Of a stretch of 64,000 nucleotides of DNA, positions 17,650 through 29,923 are shown one piece after another. The notes under the pieces are model-generated. The model ran no database searches and was not told the DNA's origin. It worked only from the letters and a program-made list of their open reading frames with translations. Within the stretch, counting starts at the first letter, position 1; every line of letters begins with the position of its first letter. The DNA comes from Clostridia bacterium. GTDB lineage: Bacteria; Bacillota; Clostridia; Monoglobales; Monoglobaceae. Position numbers and translations under genes: made by a program. The stretch lies in contig JAZRJT010000016.1 of assembly GCA_045645905.1 (NCBI GenBank), positions 784 to 64,783 of the forward strand. Reading direction: 5' to 3'.

Positions 17650-18432
17650 TTAATTATTCAATAAATTATTCTGTGTGTTCCACTCAACCATCTGATTTTC
17701 TGTATAAATGCACTCATACATTTCGGTCAATTCTTCATTTATTACAAATTCGCACAGCATGGAGCTATGGTCAACAACAAACCACTTCCATCTGCCAAGA
17801 TACATATTTTCTGCCTTACCGACAATCTCAAATATAAAAACATTGCCGGTTTCTTCATCCTTTTCACCAAATGTCGTTTTAAGGAATTTTTGAATTTTTT
17901 CGGTCTCCTCTGCTGTTATCTCTGTAAAGCTGTCTACAGCTATTTCTCTTGTATCGTTGGCAGGCGGTGCATCAATCATTCTGCCTGACTGCCTTTCAGG
18001 AATAGAAAACGGCTGAGCACCTTCTGTTTCTGATGCGACATTTATTCCTGAATTTACATCCTCTTCGATAGATTCGAGCACAGGTTCACTCGCTGTCCTT
18101 GCAGAATTTTTCTGCTGAACAATCGGCTCAGTAGTTTCCTTCTGTAATGTTTTCTCTTCTGTTTCTACGTTAATCGGCTCAACTTTTTTCTCACCACTTA
18201 CTAGGCCGGTCTGTACAGGCAGATTTGGTGTTTCATTAAGCTTTGCTATTTGCGGGTACAAAAATGCACCTGCCGCAAAAACAAATACCGCTGCAACAGC
18301 CGTACCTACCTTATAAATCTTTGTAAACTTTATCGTCTTTGACGGTTTTTCTGCTGCTTCAAAAATCCTATCTATTAGTTCCCTGTTTGTTTTAATGTCA
18401 TCATTTGCAGCCTTATAATATTTTTTAAACAA
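17650..18432 (-). CDS. putative single-pass anti-sigma factor (uncharacterised extracytoplasmic domain)
   Basis: 260 aa. It overlaps the ECF sigma gene by 8 nt. It has a short cytoplasmic N-terminus, one TM segment (VGTAVAAVFVFAAGAFLYP), then an acidic linker and an unrecognised C-terminal domain. Confidence 0.6.
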   Translation of the reverse strand: MFKKYYKAANDDIKTNRELIDRIFEAAEKPSKTIKFTKIYKVGTAVAAVFVFAAGAFLYPQIAKLNETPNLPVQTGLVSGEKKVEPINVETEEKTLQKETTEPIVQQKNSARTASEPVLESIEEDVNSGINVASETEGAQPFSIPERQSGRMIDAPPANDTREIAVDSFTEITAEETEKIQKFLKTTFGEKDEETGNVFIFEIVGKAENMYLGRWKWFVVDHSSMLCEFVINEELTEMYECIYTENQMVEWNTQNNLLNN

Positions 18433-18913
18433 GACCGTATCCTCCCTCCAGCATATTCTTTAGCATTTTTCTGCCACGGCTGAGCTGTGACTTGACTGTA
18501 GACGGGTTTGCCCCCAACGCTTTTGAAATCTCATCTATTGACATATCCTCATAATAAAAGAGATGTATCACTGCTCTATATTTTTGCGGAAGCTCAAGCA
18601 CCGCATAATACACATCACCCTTTTCCTCGGTGTCAAAGACAATATCCTCGGTAAGGGGTGCCGTTTTTTGAGCCCAGGAATTTGAAAATACATTGTGTGA
18701 GCAGTTTACCGCCACACGAATAAGCCATGCCTTAATATGTTCGTCACTCTCAAAATTCTTGTCTGATTTCAAGAAACGCAAAAAGACCTCCTGAACAACA
18801 TCGTCAGCCAAGTCGCGACTCTTAGTCTGCGAAAGAGCAAGCTTGTATATCATATCAAAATACTTTTCAACGATATAACGTTTGTCGTTTTTCTTAGGTG
18901 TATTTTCAGTCAA
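18425..18913 (-). CDS. ECF-type RNA polymerase sigma-70 family factor
   Basis: 162 aa. Region 2 reads DLADDVVQEVFLRFLK...IKAWLIRVAVN, and region 4 reads LPQKYRAVIHLFYYEDMSIDEISKALGANPSTVKSQLSRGRKML. Confidence 0.88.
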   Translation of the reverse strand: MTENTPKKNDKRYIVEKYFDMIYKLALSQTKSRDLADDVVQEVFLRFLKSDKNFESDEHIKAWLIRVAVNCSHNVFSNSWAQKTAPLTEDIVFDTEEKGDVYYAVLELPQKYRAVIHLFYYEDMSIDEISKALGANPSTVKSQLSRGRKMLKNMLEGGYGLV

Positions 18914-18973
18914 TCCCTGAACCTCCTTCCATATATAATACTAAGCAAACTGCCAAAAGGTTGCATCGAAAAA

Positions 18974-19174
18974 TCATTTTTTTCTTTCCAGTTTTTTCTT
19001 GTTTCCGTCCTTGTCCACTATTCTGACATTTTCCATCGTATTTACCACACCTTGACGAAATGACTGAATATACTTTTTCCGCAGTTCGGTCTGTTCTGCC
19101 TTTTCGTCATCTGTCAAACCTTCATTTTTCGATTTTGCATACAGTTCGTTTATTCTTTTTATAAGTTTATCCAT
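18974..19174 (-). CDS. DUF896 (UPF0291, YnzC-like) small protein
   Basis: 66 aa: MDKLIKRINELYAKSKNEGLTDDEKAEQTELRKKYI, which is typical of the family. Confidence 0.75.
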   Translation of the reverse strand: MDKLIKRINELYAKSKNEGLTDDEKAEQTELRKKYIQSFRQGVVNTMENVRIVDKDGNKKKLERKK

Positions 19175-19188
19175 ATTTTCACCCTTTT

Positions 19189-19218
19189 TTAAAAAACTTC
19201 CGCTAAATCGGCGGAAGT
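19189..19218 (-). terminator. intrinsic terminator after the UPF0210 gene
   Basis: Minus strand: ACTTCCGC-CGATTTA-GCGGAAGT, followed by TTTTTT. Confidence 0.7.
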
Positions 19219-19234
19219 CTTTTAAATTTATAAA

Positions 19235-20593
19235 CTAATTCTTCAAGCTGTGAATTGGTGCAGGTATTCTTCCACCACGATTAATAAATTCCGCACTTGA
19301 ATATTGGTGCACAGGCATAATTGGTGCATAGCCCAAAAGTCCGCCGAATTCTACACTTTCACCAACAGTTTTGCCTGCTACGGGTATAATTCTTACAGCC
19401 GTGGTTTTTTGATTAATCATACCAATTGCCGCCTCGTCTGCAATTATTGCCGAAATTGTTTCCGCCGGTGTATCGCCCGGTACCGCAATCATATCAAGAC
19501 CCACCGAACACACACAGGTCATTGACTCAAGCTTGTCAAGGCTAAGTGCGCCACACTCGGCAGCGGCAATCATACCTGCATCCTCACTTACGGGGATAAA
19601 CGCACCGCTAAGACCGCCTACATAACTCGATGCCATTACACCGCCCTTTTTAACCGCATCGTTAAGAAGAGCAAGTGCCGCAGTTGTGCCGTGAGTTCCG
19701 CATTTTTCAAGACCCATTTCCTCTAAGATATATGCAACGCTGTCACCAATTTCAGGCGTTGGTGCCAATGATAAATCTACTATACCGAAGGGTACCCCCA
19801 ATCTTCGGGATGCCTCTTGAGCAACCAACTGCCCCATACGGGTAATTTTAAATGCTGTTTTCTTTATGGTTTCAGCAACAGTACCAAAATCCTTGCCCTT
19901 TACCTTTTCAAGAGCCGCCTTCACAACACCGGGGCCGCTGACACCTACATTAATTACGCAGTCGCCCTCACCCACACCGTGAAATGCACCTGCCATAAAG
20001 GGGTTATCCTCCACCGCATTAGAAAATACAACAAGCTTTGCACAACCGAATGAATCTTTGTCTGCCGTAATTTCTGCAGTTTTCTTTATTGCTTGCCCCA
20101 TTAACTTTACGGCATCCATATTGATGCCCGCCTTTGTAGTTGCAACACCAACCGACGAGCATACACGCTCGGTTTTAGCAAGTGCTTCGGGGATTGACTC
20201 TATCAGAATTCTGTCACCCTTGGTAAAATCCTTATGCACCAAAGCCGAAAATCCGCCTATAAAATTAACCCCGGTAGCTTTCGCCGCACGGTCTAACGTT
20301 TCGGCAAACATAACATAATTATCCGCATCGCTTGCCCCTGCAATTATTGCAATAGGAGTAACAGAGATACGTTTATTGATAATAGGTATACCATACTGAC
20401 GGCTGATATCCTCGCCGGTCTTCACCAAATCCTTTGCAAGGCGGGTGATTTTTTCGTAAATCTTTTCACAGGCACGTTCTGCACTGCTGTCAATACAGTC
20501 AAGAAGTGTAATCCCCATAGTTATTGTTCTTATATCAAGATGCTGGTCATCAATCATCCTGATTGTTTCCATAATTTCTCTTGTGTTAATCAT
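19235..20593 (-). CDS. UPF0210 / DUF711 (PFL-like) family protein
   Basis: 452 aa. The family-typical N-terminus is [28 protein letters not shown]. It is paired with an upstream ACT-domain UPF0237 gene, which is the usual arrangement. Confidence 0.85.
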   Translation of the reverse strand: MINTREIMETIRMIDDQHLDIRTITMGITLLDCIDSSAERACEKIYEKITRLAKDLVKTGEDISRQYGIPIINKRISVTPIAIIAGASDADNYVMFAETLDRAAKATGVNFIGGFSALVHKDFTKGDRILIESIPEALAKTERVCSSVGVATTKAGINMDAVKLMGQAIKKTAEITADKDSFGCAKLVVFSNAVEDNPFMAGAFHGVGEGDCVINVGVSGPGVVKAALEKVKGKDFGTVAETIKKTAFKITRMGQLVAQEASRRLGVPFGIVDLSLAPTPEIGDSVAYILEEMGLEKCGTHGTTAALALLNDAVKKGGVMASSYVGGLSGAFIPVSEDAGMIAAAECGALSLDKLESMTCVCSVGLDMIAVPGDTPAETISAIIADEAAIGMINQKTTAVRIIPVAGKTVGESVEFGGLLGYAPIMPVHQYSSAEFINRGGRIPAPIHSLKN

Positions 20594-20613
20594 AGTTTCG
20601 CTATCCTCTTATA

Positions 20614-20883
20614 CTATATTCTGTGCATTGAATTGAAAATTTCTTCGTTCTGCATTCTCACATCAACACCGATTTCCTTGCCGATTGCTTCAAGCTCTGA
20701 CATAACGGCATTTGAGTCTGCTGAATCCTCATTGAATTCCACAAGCATAACCATTGTAAAAATATTCTGCATAATAGTCTGGTTGATATCCAGAATGTTC
20801 ACGTTATTTTTATACAGACAACCGCTTATGTTTGCTATGATACCTGTACGGTCAATTCCCATTACAGAAATAACTGCTTTCAT
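20614..20883 (-). CDS. ACT-domain protein (UPF0237 family)
   Basis: 89 aa: MKAVISVMGIDRTGIIANISGCLY. This is an ACT fold in the canonical position upstream of UPF0210. Confidence 0.85.
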   Translation of the reverse strand: MKAVISVMGIDRTGIIANISGCLYKNNVNILDINQTIMQNIFTMVMLVEFNEDSADSNAVMSELEAIGKEIGVDVRMQNEEIFNSMHRI

Positions 20884-20927
20884 TTGTAATATCTCCTTTA
20901 AAGTTCGTATTTAAATTAACAGTCTTA

Positions 20928-20956
20928 ATTATACAACCCAAAACAAATTCCGTCAA
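20928..20956 (-). promoter_or_regulatory. sigma-A promoter for the UPF0237-UPF0210 operon
   Basis: Minus strand: TTGACG, 17 nt, TATAAT. Confidence 0.6.
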
Positions 20957-20979
20957 GTAAAATTTATGCAAAAATACTG

Positions 20980-21008
20980 TTGAAACAATAACATTTTTGT
21001 GCTATAAT
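20980..21008 (+). promoter_or_regulatory. sigma-A promoter for ygiQ-folD-radA
   Basis: TTGAAA (20980..20985), 17 nt, TGcTATAAT (-10 at 21003..21008). Confidence 0.6.
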
Positions 21009-21046
21009 ACATAACATATGAATTAAATTTTCAGTGAGGATTTTAT

Positions 21047-22975
21047 ATGTTTCTTCCCATCTCGAAGAATGATATGAAAAAGCGTGGAATCAATCAGCTT
21101 GATTTCATTTATATAATTGGCGATGCGTATGTTGACCATTCCAGTTTCGGGCACGCAATTATCTCCCGTGTTCTAGAGAATGCCGGCTATACAGTGGGTA
21201 TAATTTCTCAGCCTGACTGGCACAGCTGCGAGGCATTTAAGGCTCTCGGTGAGCCAAGGCTTGGTTTCCTTGTTTCCTCGGGGAATATAGACCCTATGGT
21301 TAACCACTACACCGTATCAAAAAAGGTTCGTTCACAAGACCTGTACTCACCCGGTGGAGTTGCGAACAAACGTCCCGACAGAGCCACCGTTGTATATTGT
21401 AACCGTCTTCGTGAAGCCTTCGGCAAAAAAATACCCATTATCATCGGAGGGATTGAGGCAAGCCTTAGACGATTTGCTCATTATGACTACTGGTCAGACA
21501 AGGTACGCCGAAGCATCCTTATCGACAGCGGAGCTGATTTGCTTATTTACGGAATGGGCGAGCATCAGATTGTAGAAATTGCAGACCTTCTTAACTGCGG
21601 AGTCCCGGCAGAGCAAATCAAGCACGTACCCGGCACGGTGTATCTTGAGGATGCCGACGCTGTTTTTCCTGATGATTATATAATTATTCCCTCATTTGAT
21701 GATGTATCACAAAGCCATAAGCTTTATGCCGAGGCAACACGGATACAATACGAAGAACAAGACGCCTTTCGTGGCAGAGCCCTTGTCCAAATGGACAATG
21801 ACAAAAAATGTGTTGTTCAATTGCCACCGTCTAAGCCACTTACCACAGAAGAGCTTGACAAGGTTTATGAACTGCCTTATGAAGGAACTTATCACCCCAG
21901 CTACAAAGAGTTTGGCGTTGTTCCTGCAACTCGCGAAATTGAGTTCAGCATAACCTCCTGCCGGGGTTGCTTTGGCAGTTGTAATTTCTGTGCTCTTGCC
22001 TTTCATCAGGGCAGAACAGTCACCGCAAGAAGCCATGAGTCAATTTTACGCGAGGCAGAAGCCCTTACCAAAAAGCCCGGCTTTAAAGGATATATCCACG
22101 ATGTTGGCGGACCAACTGCAAACTTTCGTGCACCTTCATGTCAGAAACAGCTTGAACACGGAGTCTGCAAAAATAAGCAGTGTCTATTCCCTACACCCTG
22201 CCGAAACCTTGAAGTTTCGCACAGAGATTATCTTGAACTTCTTATGAAGCTTCGCAAACTTCCAAAGGTCAAAAAGGTATTTGTACGTTCAGGTATACGT
22301 TTTGACTACCTTATGAATGATAAAGACGACAGCTTTTTCACCGAGCTGTGCAAGCACCACATCAGCGGTCAGCTGAGGGTTGCACCCGAACACATATCAG
22401 ATAATGTTTTAAAATATATGGGCAAGCCCTCACACGATGTTTATAAAAAGTTTTTAAATAAATTTGAAGCTGTAAATAAAAAGCTTGGCAAGGAACAATA
22501 TGCGGTGCCATACCTTATGTCCTCCCACCCGGGAAGCACATTAAAGGACGCCATAAAGCTTGCGGAATATCTTAACAAAAATCGCCTTAGTCCCGAACAG
22601 GTTCAGGATTTTTATCCAACACCCGGAAGCATTTCAACCTGTATGTACTATACCGGACTTGACCCACGGACAATGAAACCGGTCTTCGTGGCAAAGGATT
22701 ATAAGGATAAGCAGATGCAACGTGCACTTTTGCAGTTCCGTGACCCGAAAAATTATAATCTTATATTAAACGCACTAACAAAGGCAAAACGGCTTGACCT
22801 TGTGGGGTTTGGGCCTGAATGTCTGATAAAACCAATAAAAGGAGAACATAAAAATGGCAACAATCTTAAGCGGAAAAACAGTATCAGCAAGAATAAAGGA
22901 AAATCTCAAAATCGAAATCGAAAACCTGAAGAAAAGCGGAACAACCCCAGGTCTCGCCGTAATCATAGTCGGTGA
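21047..22975 (+). CDS. ygiQ: YgiQ-family (UPF0313) radical SAM protein
   Basis: 642 aa. The N-terminus is [27 protein letters not shown], and the radical-SAM cluster is [11 protein letters not shown]. It has a K/R-rich C-terminal tail, and its last 122 nt overlap folD. Confidence 0.88.
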   Translation: MFLPISKNDMKKRGINQLDFIYIIGDAYVDHSSFGHAIISRVLENAGYTVGIISQPDWHSCEAFKALGEPRLGFLVSSGNIDPMVNHYTVSKKVRSQDLYSPGGVANKRPDRATVVYCNRLREAFGKKIPIIIGGIEASLRRFAHYDYWSDKVRRSILIDSGADLLIYGMGEHQIVEIADLLNCGVPAEQIKHVPGTVYLEDADAVFPDDYIIIPSFDDVSQSHKLYAEATRIQYEEQDAFRGRALVQMDNDKKCVVQLPPSKPLTTEELDKVYELPYEGTYHPSYKEFGVVPATREIEFSITSCRGCFGSCNFCALAFHQGRTVTARSHESILREAEALTKKPGFKGYIHDVGGPTANFRAPSCQKQLEHGVCKNKQCLFPTPCRNLEVSHRDYLELLMKLRKLPKVKKVFVRSGIRFDYLMNDKDDSFFTELCKHHISGQLRVAPEHISDNVLKYMGKPSHDVYKKFLNKFEAVNKKLGKEQYAVPYLMSSHPGSTLKDAIKLAEYLNKNRLSPEQVQDFYPTPGSISTCMYYTGLDPRTMKPVFVAKDYKDKQMQRALLQFRDPKNYNLILNALTKAKRLDLVGFGPECLIKPIKGEHKNGNNLKRKNSISKNKGKSQNRNRKPEEKRNNPRSRRNHSR

Positions 22976-23702
22976 AGACCCGGCCTCTAAGGTTTATGTC
23001 GGCAGAAAGGAAGCTATGTGCACAGAGCTTGGTATGCATTCTGAAAAGTTTGCCCTTCCCGAAGAAACCACTCAGGAGGAGCTTGTGGCTCTGGTTGAAA
23101 AACTCAACAACGATAAAAATATTCACGGTATTCTGGTTCAGCTTCCTCTTCCCAAACATCTTGACGAAAAGGCTGTTATCAACACCATCCGTCCTGAAAA
23201 GGACGTTGACGCCTTCCACCCCGTAAATGTTGGCAAAATTATGATTGGTGATTATGATTTTGTGCCCTGCACACCGGCAGGTATTATGGAACTTATTGCA
23301 GAAAGCAATGTTGAAATCGAAGGCAAAAACTGTGTGGTAATCGGCAGAAGCAACATTGTGGGCAAGCCTATGAGTATGCTTCTCCTTCACAAAAACGGCA
23401 CCGTTACCACCTGTCATTCACGCACAAAAGACCTTAAAGAAGTTACAAAGCAGGCAGACATCTTAGTTGCCGCTGTCGGCAGAGCAAACTTCGTTACTGC
23501 TGATATGGTAAAACCCGGTGCTGTTGTAATTGACGTTGGTATGAACCGTTTAGATGACGGTAAGCTGGTTGGCGATGTAGCATTCGACGAGGTTGAAAAG
23601 GTTGCAGGTGCAATCACTCCCGTTCCTGGCGGTGTTGGACCTATGACAATCGCAATGCTTATGCAGAATACTTTAACTGCGGCAAAAAACGCAAGCAAAT
23701 AA
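22854..23702 (+). CDS. folD: bifunctional methylenetetrahydrofolate dehydrogenase/cyclohydrolase
   Basis: 282 aa. Motifs: [16 protein letters not shown]...[39 protein letters not shown] and [22 protein letters not shown]. Confidence 0.95.
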   Translation: MATILSGKTVSARIKENLKIEIENLKKSGTTPGLAVIIVGEDPASKVYVGRKEAMCTELGMHSEKFALPEETTQEELVALVEKLNNDKNIHGILVQLPLPKHLDEKAVINTIRPEKDVDAFHPVNVGKIMIGDYDFVPCTPAGIMELIAESNVEIEGKNCVVIGRSNIVGKPMSMLLLHKNGTVTTCHSRTKDLKEVTKQADILVAAVGRANFVTADMVKPGAVVIDVGMNRLDDGKLVGDVAFDEVEKVAGAITPVPGGVGPMTIAMLMQNTLTAAKNASK

Positions 23703-23714
23703 GGAATTTATGTT

Positions 23715-25085
23715 ATGAAAACAAAAACCATTTATGTTTGTTCTGAGTGCGGAGCAAGCTTCCCAAAGTGGATGGGAAAATGTACAACCTGTAATTCGTG
23801 GAATACAATCGTTGAAGAAGTGGTCAAATCAACCCCTTCATCCTCTAAGGTATCGGTAATGTCTGCACCCTCTGCGGGCACGCTATCGGCAAAGCGTATT
23901 TCCGAAATCGACTCATCTCAGGAAGCACGCACCCTCACTGGTATGGGCGAGCTTGATCGTGTTCTTGGCGGTGGTTTGGTCCGCGGTTCTCTTGTCCTTG
24001 TGGGCGGCGACCCCGGTATCGGTAAGTCCACCCTTTTGCTGCAAATTTGCGAGCATTTAGGTAAAACCCAAAATATTCTTTATGTTTCAGGCGAAGAATC
24101 CCAAAGACAGATAAAACTTCGTGCCGACAGGCTTGGTATCACCACTGAAAATTTAAAAGTATATTCCGAAACAAATATGGACTATATAACCGATTGTATC
24201 TTTCGCGAAAAACCTGATGTGCTTATAATTGACTCTGTACAAACAATGTATAATCCCGAAATTCAGTCGACCCCCGGTAACACCGCTCAAATCAAGGATG
24301 TCACCACTGTGCTTATGAAAATAGCAAAAGAAAACTCCATTTCGGTATTTGTTGTGGGACACGTTACAAAAGAAGGTGCTCTTGCCGGCCCCAAAATTTT
24401 AGAACATATGGTTGACTGTGTTCTGTATTTCGAGGGCGAACGCCATCAATCATTCCGCATACTTCGAGCAGTTAAAAACCGTTTTGGCTCTACAAATGAA
24501 ATTGGAGTATTTGAAATGAAAGGCTGTGGTCTTGAAGAGGTTCCCAATCCTTCAATGGCGATGCTGTCAGGGCGCCCCGAGAATGTTCCCGGCTCCTGTA
24601 TTATATGCACTATGGAGGGCACACGCCCCGTCCTTGCCGAAGTTCAGGCGCTTGTTACCCCCACCTCCTTTGGTAATCCGCGCAGAATGGCAAGCGGGCC
24701 TGACCTCAGCCGTTCCATAATGCTTATGGCTGTTCTTGAAAAACGCGGAGGCTTAAAAATGTCAGCCTTTGATGCCTATGTTAATATAGTAGGCGGATTG
24801 AAAATTGCCGAGCCTGCCGCAGACCTGGGGCTTGTACTTGCACTTGCGTCAAGCTACTCTGGCTGTGCAATGGACAGCGAAACCGTTGCCATCGGCGAAG
24901 TTGGTCTTACGGGTGAGCTTCGTGCCTGCAGTTTTCTTGAGGCAAGAGTCGCAGAATGTGAAAAATTGGGCTTTAAACGTTGCATCATTCCGGCAACAAA
25001 TTTAAAAAAGCTTAAAAAATTTGATGGTATTGAGCTGATTCCTTGCTCTAATATCCAAGATATAATCACAAAATTATGTAAATAA
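23715..25085 (+). CDS. radA: DNA repair protein RadA/Sms
   Basis: 456 aa. It has the zinc ribbon CSECGASFPKWMGKCTTCNSWN, the Walker A motif GDPGIGKST, the KNRFG motif, and a Lon-like C-terminal domain. Confidence 0.95.
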   Translation: MKTKTIYVCSECGASFPKWMGKCTTCNSWNTIVEEVVKSTPSSSKVSVMSAPSAGTLSAKRISEIDSSQEARTLTGMGELDRVLGGGLVRGSLVLVGGDPGIGKSTLLLQICEHLGKTQNILYVSGEESQRQIKLRADRLGITTENLKVYSETNMDYITDCIFREKPDVLIIDSVQTMYNPEIQSTPGNTAQIKDVTTVLMKIAKENSISVFVVGHVTKEGALAGPKILEHMVDCVLYFEGERHQSFRILRAVKNRFGSTNEIGVFEMKGCGLEEVPNPSMAMLSGRPENVPGSCIICTMEGTRPVLAEVQALVTPTSFGNPRRMASGPDLSRSIMLMAVLEKRGGLKMSAFDAYVNIVGGLKIAEPAADLGLVLALASSYSGCAMDSETVAIGEVGLTGELRACSFLEARVAECEKLGFKRCIIPATNLKKLKKFDGIELIPCSNIQDIITKLCK

Positions 25086-25140
25086 TTTAATTGACAAAAA
25101 ATATACATATACTATAAAAGTTTTGAAGGGAAGTCTTGAT

Positions 25141-25608
25141 GTGTTTAATATAGGAGACGAAATAGTTTATCCCATGCACGGAGCAGGCATTATTGTTGAT
25201 ATCGAGGAAAAGAAAATCCTTGGCGAGCTCCATAAGTACTATATTTTGCAGATTTCCATCAGCGATATGAAGGTAATGCTGCCCGTTAACAACCTTGACG
25301 CCATCGGCATCAGAAAAATAGTTTCACTAGATGCCGCCAACGAAGCTATCAACCATTTTCTCACGTGTTGCGAAGATTCAAACAATAACTGGAATCAACG
25401 CTACAGGGAAAACATCGAAAAAATGAAGAGCGGAAGCATAATCGACGTTGCTACCGTTGCCAAAACACTTCTTCTCAGAGATAACAAAAAATCATTATCT
25501 AATGCCGAGCGTAAAATGCTTTCAAACGCAAAAAACATTCTTATTTCCGAGCTGGTTCTTGCTAAAAGAATGTCTGTTGATGAAATCAAGGAGCTTCTGG
25601 CAATTTAA
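25141..25608 (+). CDS. CarD/CdnL-family transcriptional regulator
   Basis: The ORF track starts at TTG 25123. GTG at 25141 gives (M)FNIGDEIVYPMHGAG, the usual family N-terminus, with GAAGGGAAG upstream. Confidence 0.85.
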   Translation: MFNIGDEIVYPMHGAGIIVDIEEKKILGELHKYYILQISISDMKVMLPVNNLDAIGIRKIVSLDAANEAINHFLTCCEDSNNNWNQRYRENIEKMKSGSIIDVATVAKTLLLRDNKKSLSNAERKMLSNAKNILISELVLAKRMSVDEIKELLAI

Positions 25609-25628
25609 TTGTACAGCGGAGGTTACAT

Positions 25629-26336
25629 ATGTTCCGTAAAAAATCATCAAGCCCCAAAGCTACGGCAATTATCGTTGCTGCCGGCAGTAGCCGGCGTATG
25701 GGCGGTGCAGATAAACAGCTTATAACAATTGACGGTATGCCCGTTCTTTCGCATACCCTTTTGCAGTTCAGCAAAGCATCATCTATTGACTCAATTATTG
25801 TTGTGACAAAATCCGAAAACATTCTTACCATTGGTGATATGGTTCGTGAGTTCGGCATATCAAAGGTAACCGACATTATTCCGGGCGGCGATACTCGGCA
25901 AGAATCTGTGTGCTGTGGACTATCTTTGGTGAAAAACGACCGGATAGTCGCCATACACGACGGAGCCCGTCCCTTTATTTCGGTTAAAAAAATAGACGAA
26001 CTTGTCTCTGCCGCTCAAGCGTATGGTGCCGCCGCTCCCGGTGTTATTCCCAAAGATACCGTAAAAGCAGTAAATCAGGATAACACCATTACAGAAACCA
26101 TCGACAGAAATATCCTGCGTCTTATTCAGACTCCACAGGTTTTTCACGCAGATGAACTGAAGCTTGCGTATGAACGAGCAAAAACTGTAAACTTTATCGG
26201 TACCGATGACTGTTCTGTTGCAGAACAGTCGGGAATTAATATCCGTATAGTTGACGGCGAATACACAAATATAAAGGTTACAACCCCCGAAGACATTCCC
26301 GTTGCAGAAGCAATTTACCATTTTTTGAATAAATAA
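25629..26336 (+). CDS. ispD: 2-C-methyl-D-erythritol 4-phosphate cytidylyltransferase
   Basis: 235 aa. Motifs: [20 protein letters not shown] and IQTPQVF. ispF follows directly. Confidence 0.93.
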   Translation: MFRKKSSSPKATAIIVAAGSSRRMGGADKQLITIDGMPVLSHTLLQFSKASSIDSIIVVTKSENILTIGDMVREFGISKVTDIIPGGDTRQESVCCGLSLVKNDRIVAIHDGARPFISVKKIDELVSAAQAYGAAAPGVIPKDTVKAVNQDNTITETIDRNILRLIQTPQVFHADELKLAYERAKTVNFIGTDDCSVAEQSGINIRIVDGEYTNIKVTTPEDIPVAEAIYHFLNK

Positions 26337-26355
26337 TCTCGAAAGGAATAAATTT

Positions 26356-26829
26356 ATGCGAATTGGATTTGGATATGATGTACACGCTCTTTCCGAAGAT
26401 AGACGCCTTATACTTGGCGGCGTTGAAATTCCGCACGAAAAGGGATTGCTGGGACATTCCGATGCTGATGTTCTCTTACACGCAATAATGGACGCACTGC
26501 TCGGTGCCGCAGCCCTTGGTGATATTGGCAAGCATTTTCCCGATACAGACAACAGCTTTAAAGATATTGATAGTCTTCTTCTTCTTTCACAGACAAAAGA
26601 TATTCTCGAAAAACACGGTTTTTCTGTAAATAATATTGATACAACAATTGTGGCACAAGCACCAAAAATCTCACCTTATATTGACAAAATGCGTGAGAAT
26701 ATCAGCCACGTTCTTGATATAGATATATTCTGTGTATCGGTAAAAGCAACCACCACTGAACATCTTGGTTTTGAAGGCAGAAAAGAAGGTATTTCAGCCT
26801 ATGCTGCGGTCACTATTGAACAAATTTAA
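26356..26829 (+). CDS. ispF: 2-C-methyl-D-erythritol 2,4-cyclodiphosphate synthase
   Basis: 157 aa. Motifs: [24 protein letters not shown] and [18 protein letters not shown]. Confidence 0.95.
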   Translation: MRIGFGYDVHALSEDRRLILGGVEIPHEKGLLGHSDADVLLHAIMDALLGAAALGDIGKHFPDTDNSFKDIDSLLLLSQTKDILEKHGFSVNNIDTTIVAQAPKISPYIDKMRENISHVLDIDIFCVSVKATTTEHLGFEGRKEGISAYAAVTIEQI

Positions 26830-26902
26830 CAATTTGGGGTAGATTTTGGTATATAATTGGTTATAATAACCTGTAACCGCCAATAATCATCCGTAATCAA
26901 GT

Positions 26903-26931
26903 TTGATTTATATATAATATTTTTGTATATT
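26903..26931 (+). promoter_or_regulatory. sigma-A promoter of groESL
   Basis: TTGATT, 17 nt, TATATT. The CIRCE operator starts 8 nt downstream. Confidence 0.6.
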
Positions 26932-26938
26932 AAATATA

Positions 26939-26965
26939 TTAGCACTCAACCTGGCAGAGTGCTAA
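26939..26965 (+). promoter_or_regulatory. CIRCE operator (HrcA binding site)
   Basis: TTAGCACTC-AACCTGGCA-GAGTGCTAA is a perfect match to the consensus TTAGCACTC-N9-GAGTGCTAA. Confidence 0.95.
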
Positions 26966-26995
26966 CACAATAAAGTTTTTAATAATTTCATTTAA

Positions 26996-28965
<1,970 letters not shown>

Positions 28966-28991
28966 TCCGCCGCTTTTACAAAGCTATAACG

Positions 28992-29027
28992 CAACCGCAG
29001 AGATTTTCCTGCGGTTGTTTTGTTTTT
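28992..29027 (+). terminator. intrinsic terminator of groESL
   Basis: CAACCGCAG-AGATTTTC-CTGCGGTTG, followed by TTTTGTTTTT. Confidence 0.8.
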
Positions 29028-29038
29028 GGCAAAAAGGC

Positions 29039-29067
29039 TTGACAAATATCCCCTTTTACATTAAAAT
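29039..29067 (+). promoter_or_regulatory. sigma-A promoter of the amino-acid ABC operon
   Basis: TTGACA, 17 nt, TAAAAT. Confidence 0.6.
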
Positions 29068-29105
29068 GAATAATATCAATTTAAATCTTTTAGGAGGATT
29101 TTATT

Positions 29106-29852
29106 ATGAAAAAAATTATTGCATTAACACTTGCTCTTATGCTGGCTGTTTGCTGTCTTGCAGGTTGCGGAGCAAAAGACGAAGAAAACACGTTTACAAT
29201 GGCTACAAACGCTGAATTCCCTCCATTTGAATACCTTGAAGGTGAAGAAATCGTTGGTGCTGACGTTGATATCGCAAAAGCAATTGCTGAAAAGCTGGGC
29301 AAAACACTTGAAATCACAAACATTGACTTTGATGCAGCTCTCACAGGTGCTGCTACCGGTAAATATGATGTAGCAATCGCAGGTGTTACAGCGACTGATG
29401 ACAGAAGACAGAACATGGGCTTTACAGATAACTACTACACAGCATCTCAGGCAATTATAGTTACTGCTGACAGTGCTATAAAGGTAGCTAGCGACCTTAC
29501 AGGCAAGACAGTTTCTTGTCAGGAAGGTACAACTGGCGAACAGTATCTCCTTGACAACGGATATAATGTACAGTCATTCAAGACAGGTGCAGAAGCAATC
29601 ACAGCTCTTGTTTCAGGCAAGGTTGACGCTGTTGTAATTGATGATGCCGTTGCAAGAGCACTTTCTGCAAAGCAGAAAGGCAAGACTGTTGTTCTTGAAG
29701 AAGCACTCACTGAAGAAGCTTACGCAATCGTAACAAAGCTTGGCAACGATGAGCTTATTGCTGAAATCAACAAGGCTCTTGCTGAACTTAAGGCTGAAGG
29801 CAAGCTCGCTGAAATCTTTGAAAAATATGAGCTTCCTTACGATGCTGAATAA
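29106..29852 (+). CDS. polar amino acid ABC transporter, substrate-binding lipoprotein
   Basis: 248 aa. It has the lipobox LAGCG and a family-3 SBP fold (FPPFEYLEGEEIVGADVDIAKAIAEKLG). Confidence 0.88.
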   Translation: MKKIIALTLALMLAVCCLAGCGAKDEENTFTMATNAEFPPFEYLEGEEIVGADVDIAKAIAEKLGKTLEITNIDFDAALTGAATGKYDVAIAGVTATDDRRQNMGFTDNYYTASQAIIVTADSAIKVASDLTGKTVSCQEGTTGEQYLLDNGYNVQSFKTGAEAITALVSGKVDAVVIDDAVARALSAKQKGKTVVLEEALTEEAYAIVTKLGNDELIAEINKALAELKAEGKLAEIFEKYELPYDAE

Positions 29853-29872
29853 TTTAATACATATATAACATT

Positions 29873-29905
29873 AAAAAGCGGCGATTTATGTCGCCGCTTT
29901 TTTTG
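29873..29905 (+). terminator. hairpin/attenuator after the binding-protein gene
   Basis: AAAAAGCGGCGA-TTTATG-TCGCCGCTTTTTTT. Confidence 0.7.
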
Positions 29906-29923
29906 TAAAGAAAGGTTTTTACT

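Noticed and set aside
22884-23417. The 177-aa minus-strand ORF inside folD, together with similar long antisense ORFs at 25920..26552 (inside ispD/ispF), 2553..3098 (inside iorA) and 45261..45671 (inside dnaE).
   Set aside because: All lie fully within strongly supported genes on the opposite strand. They have Cys/Phe/Asn-rich compositions typical of shadow frames and no translation signals.
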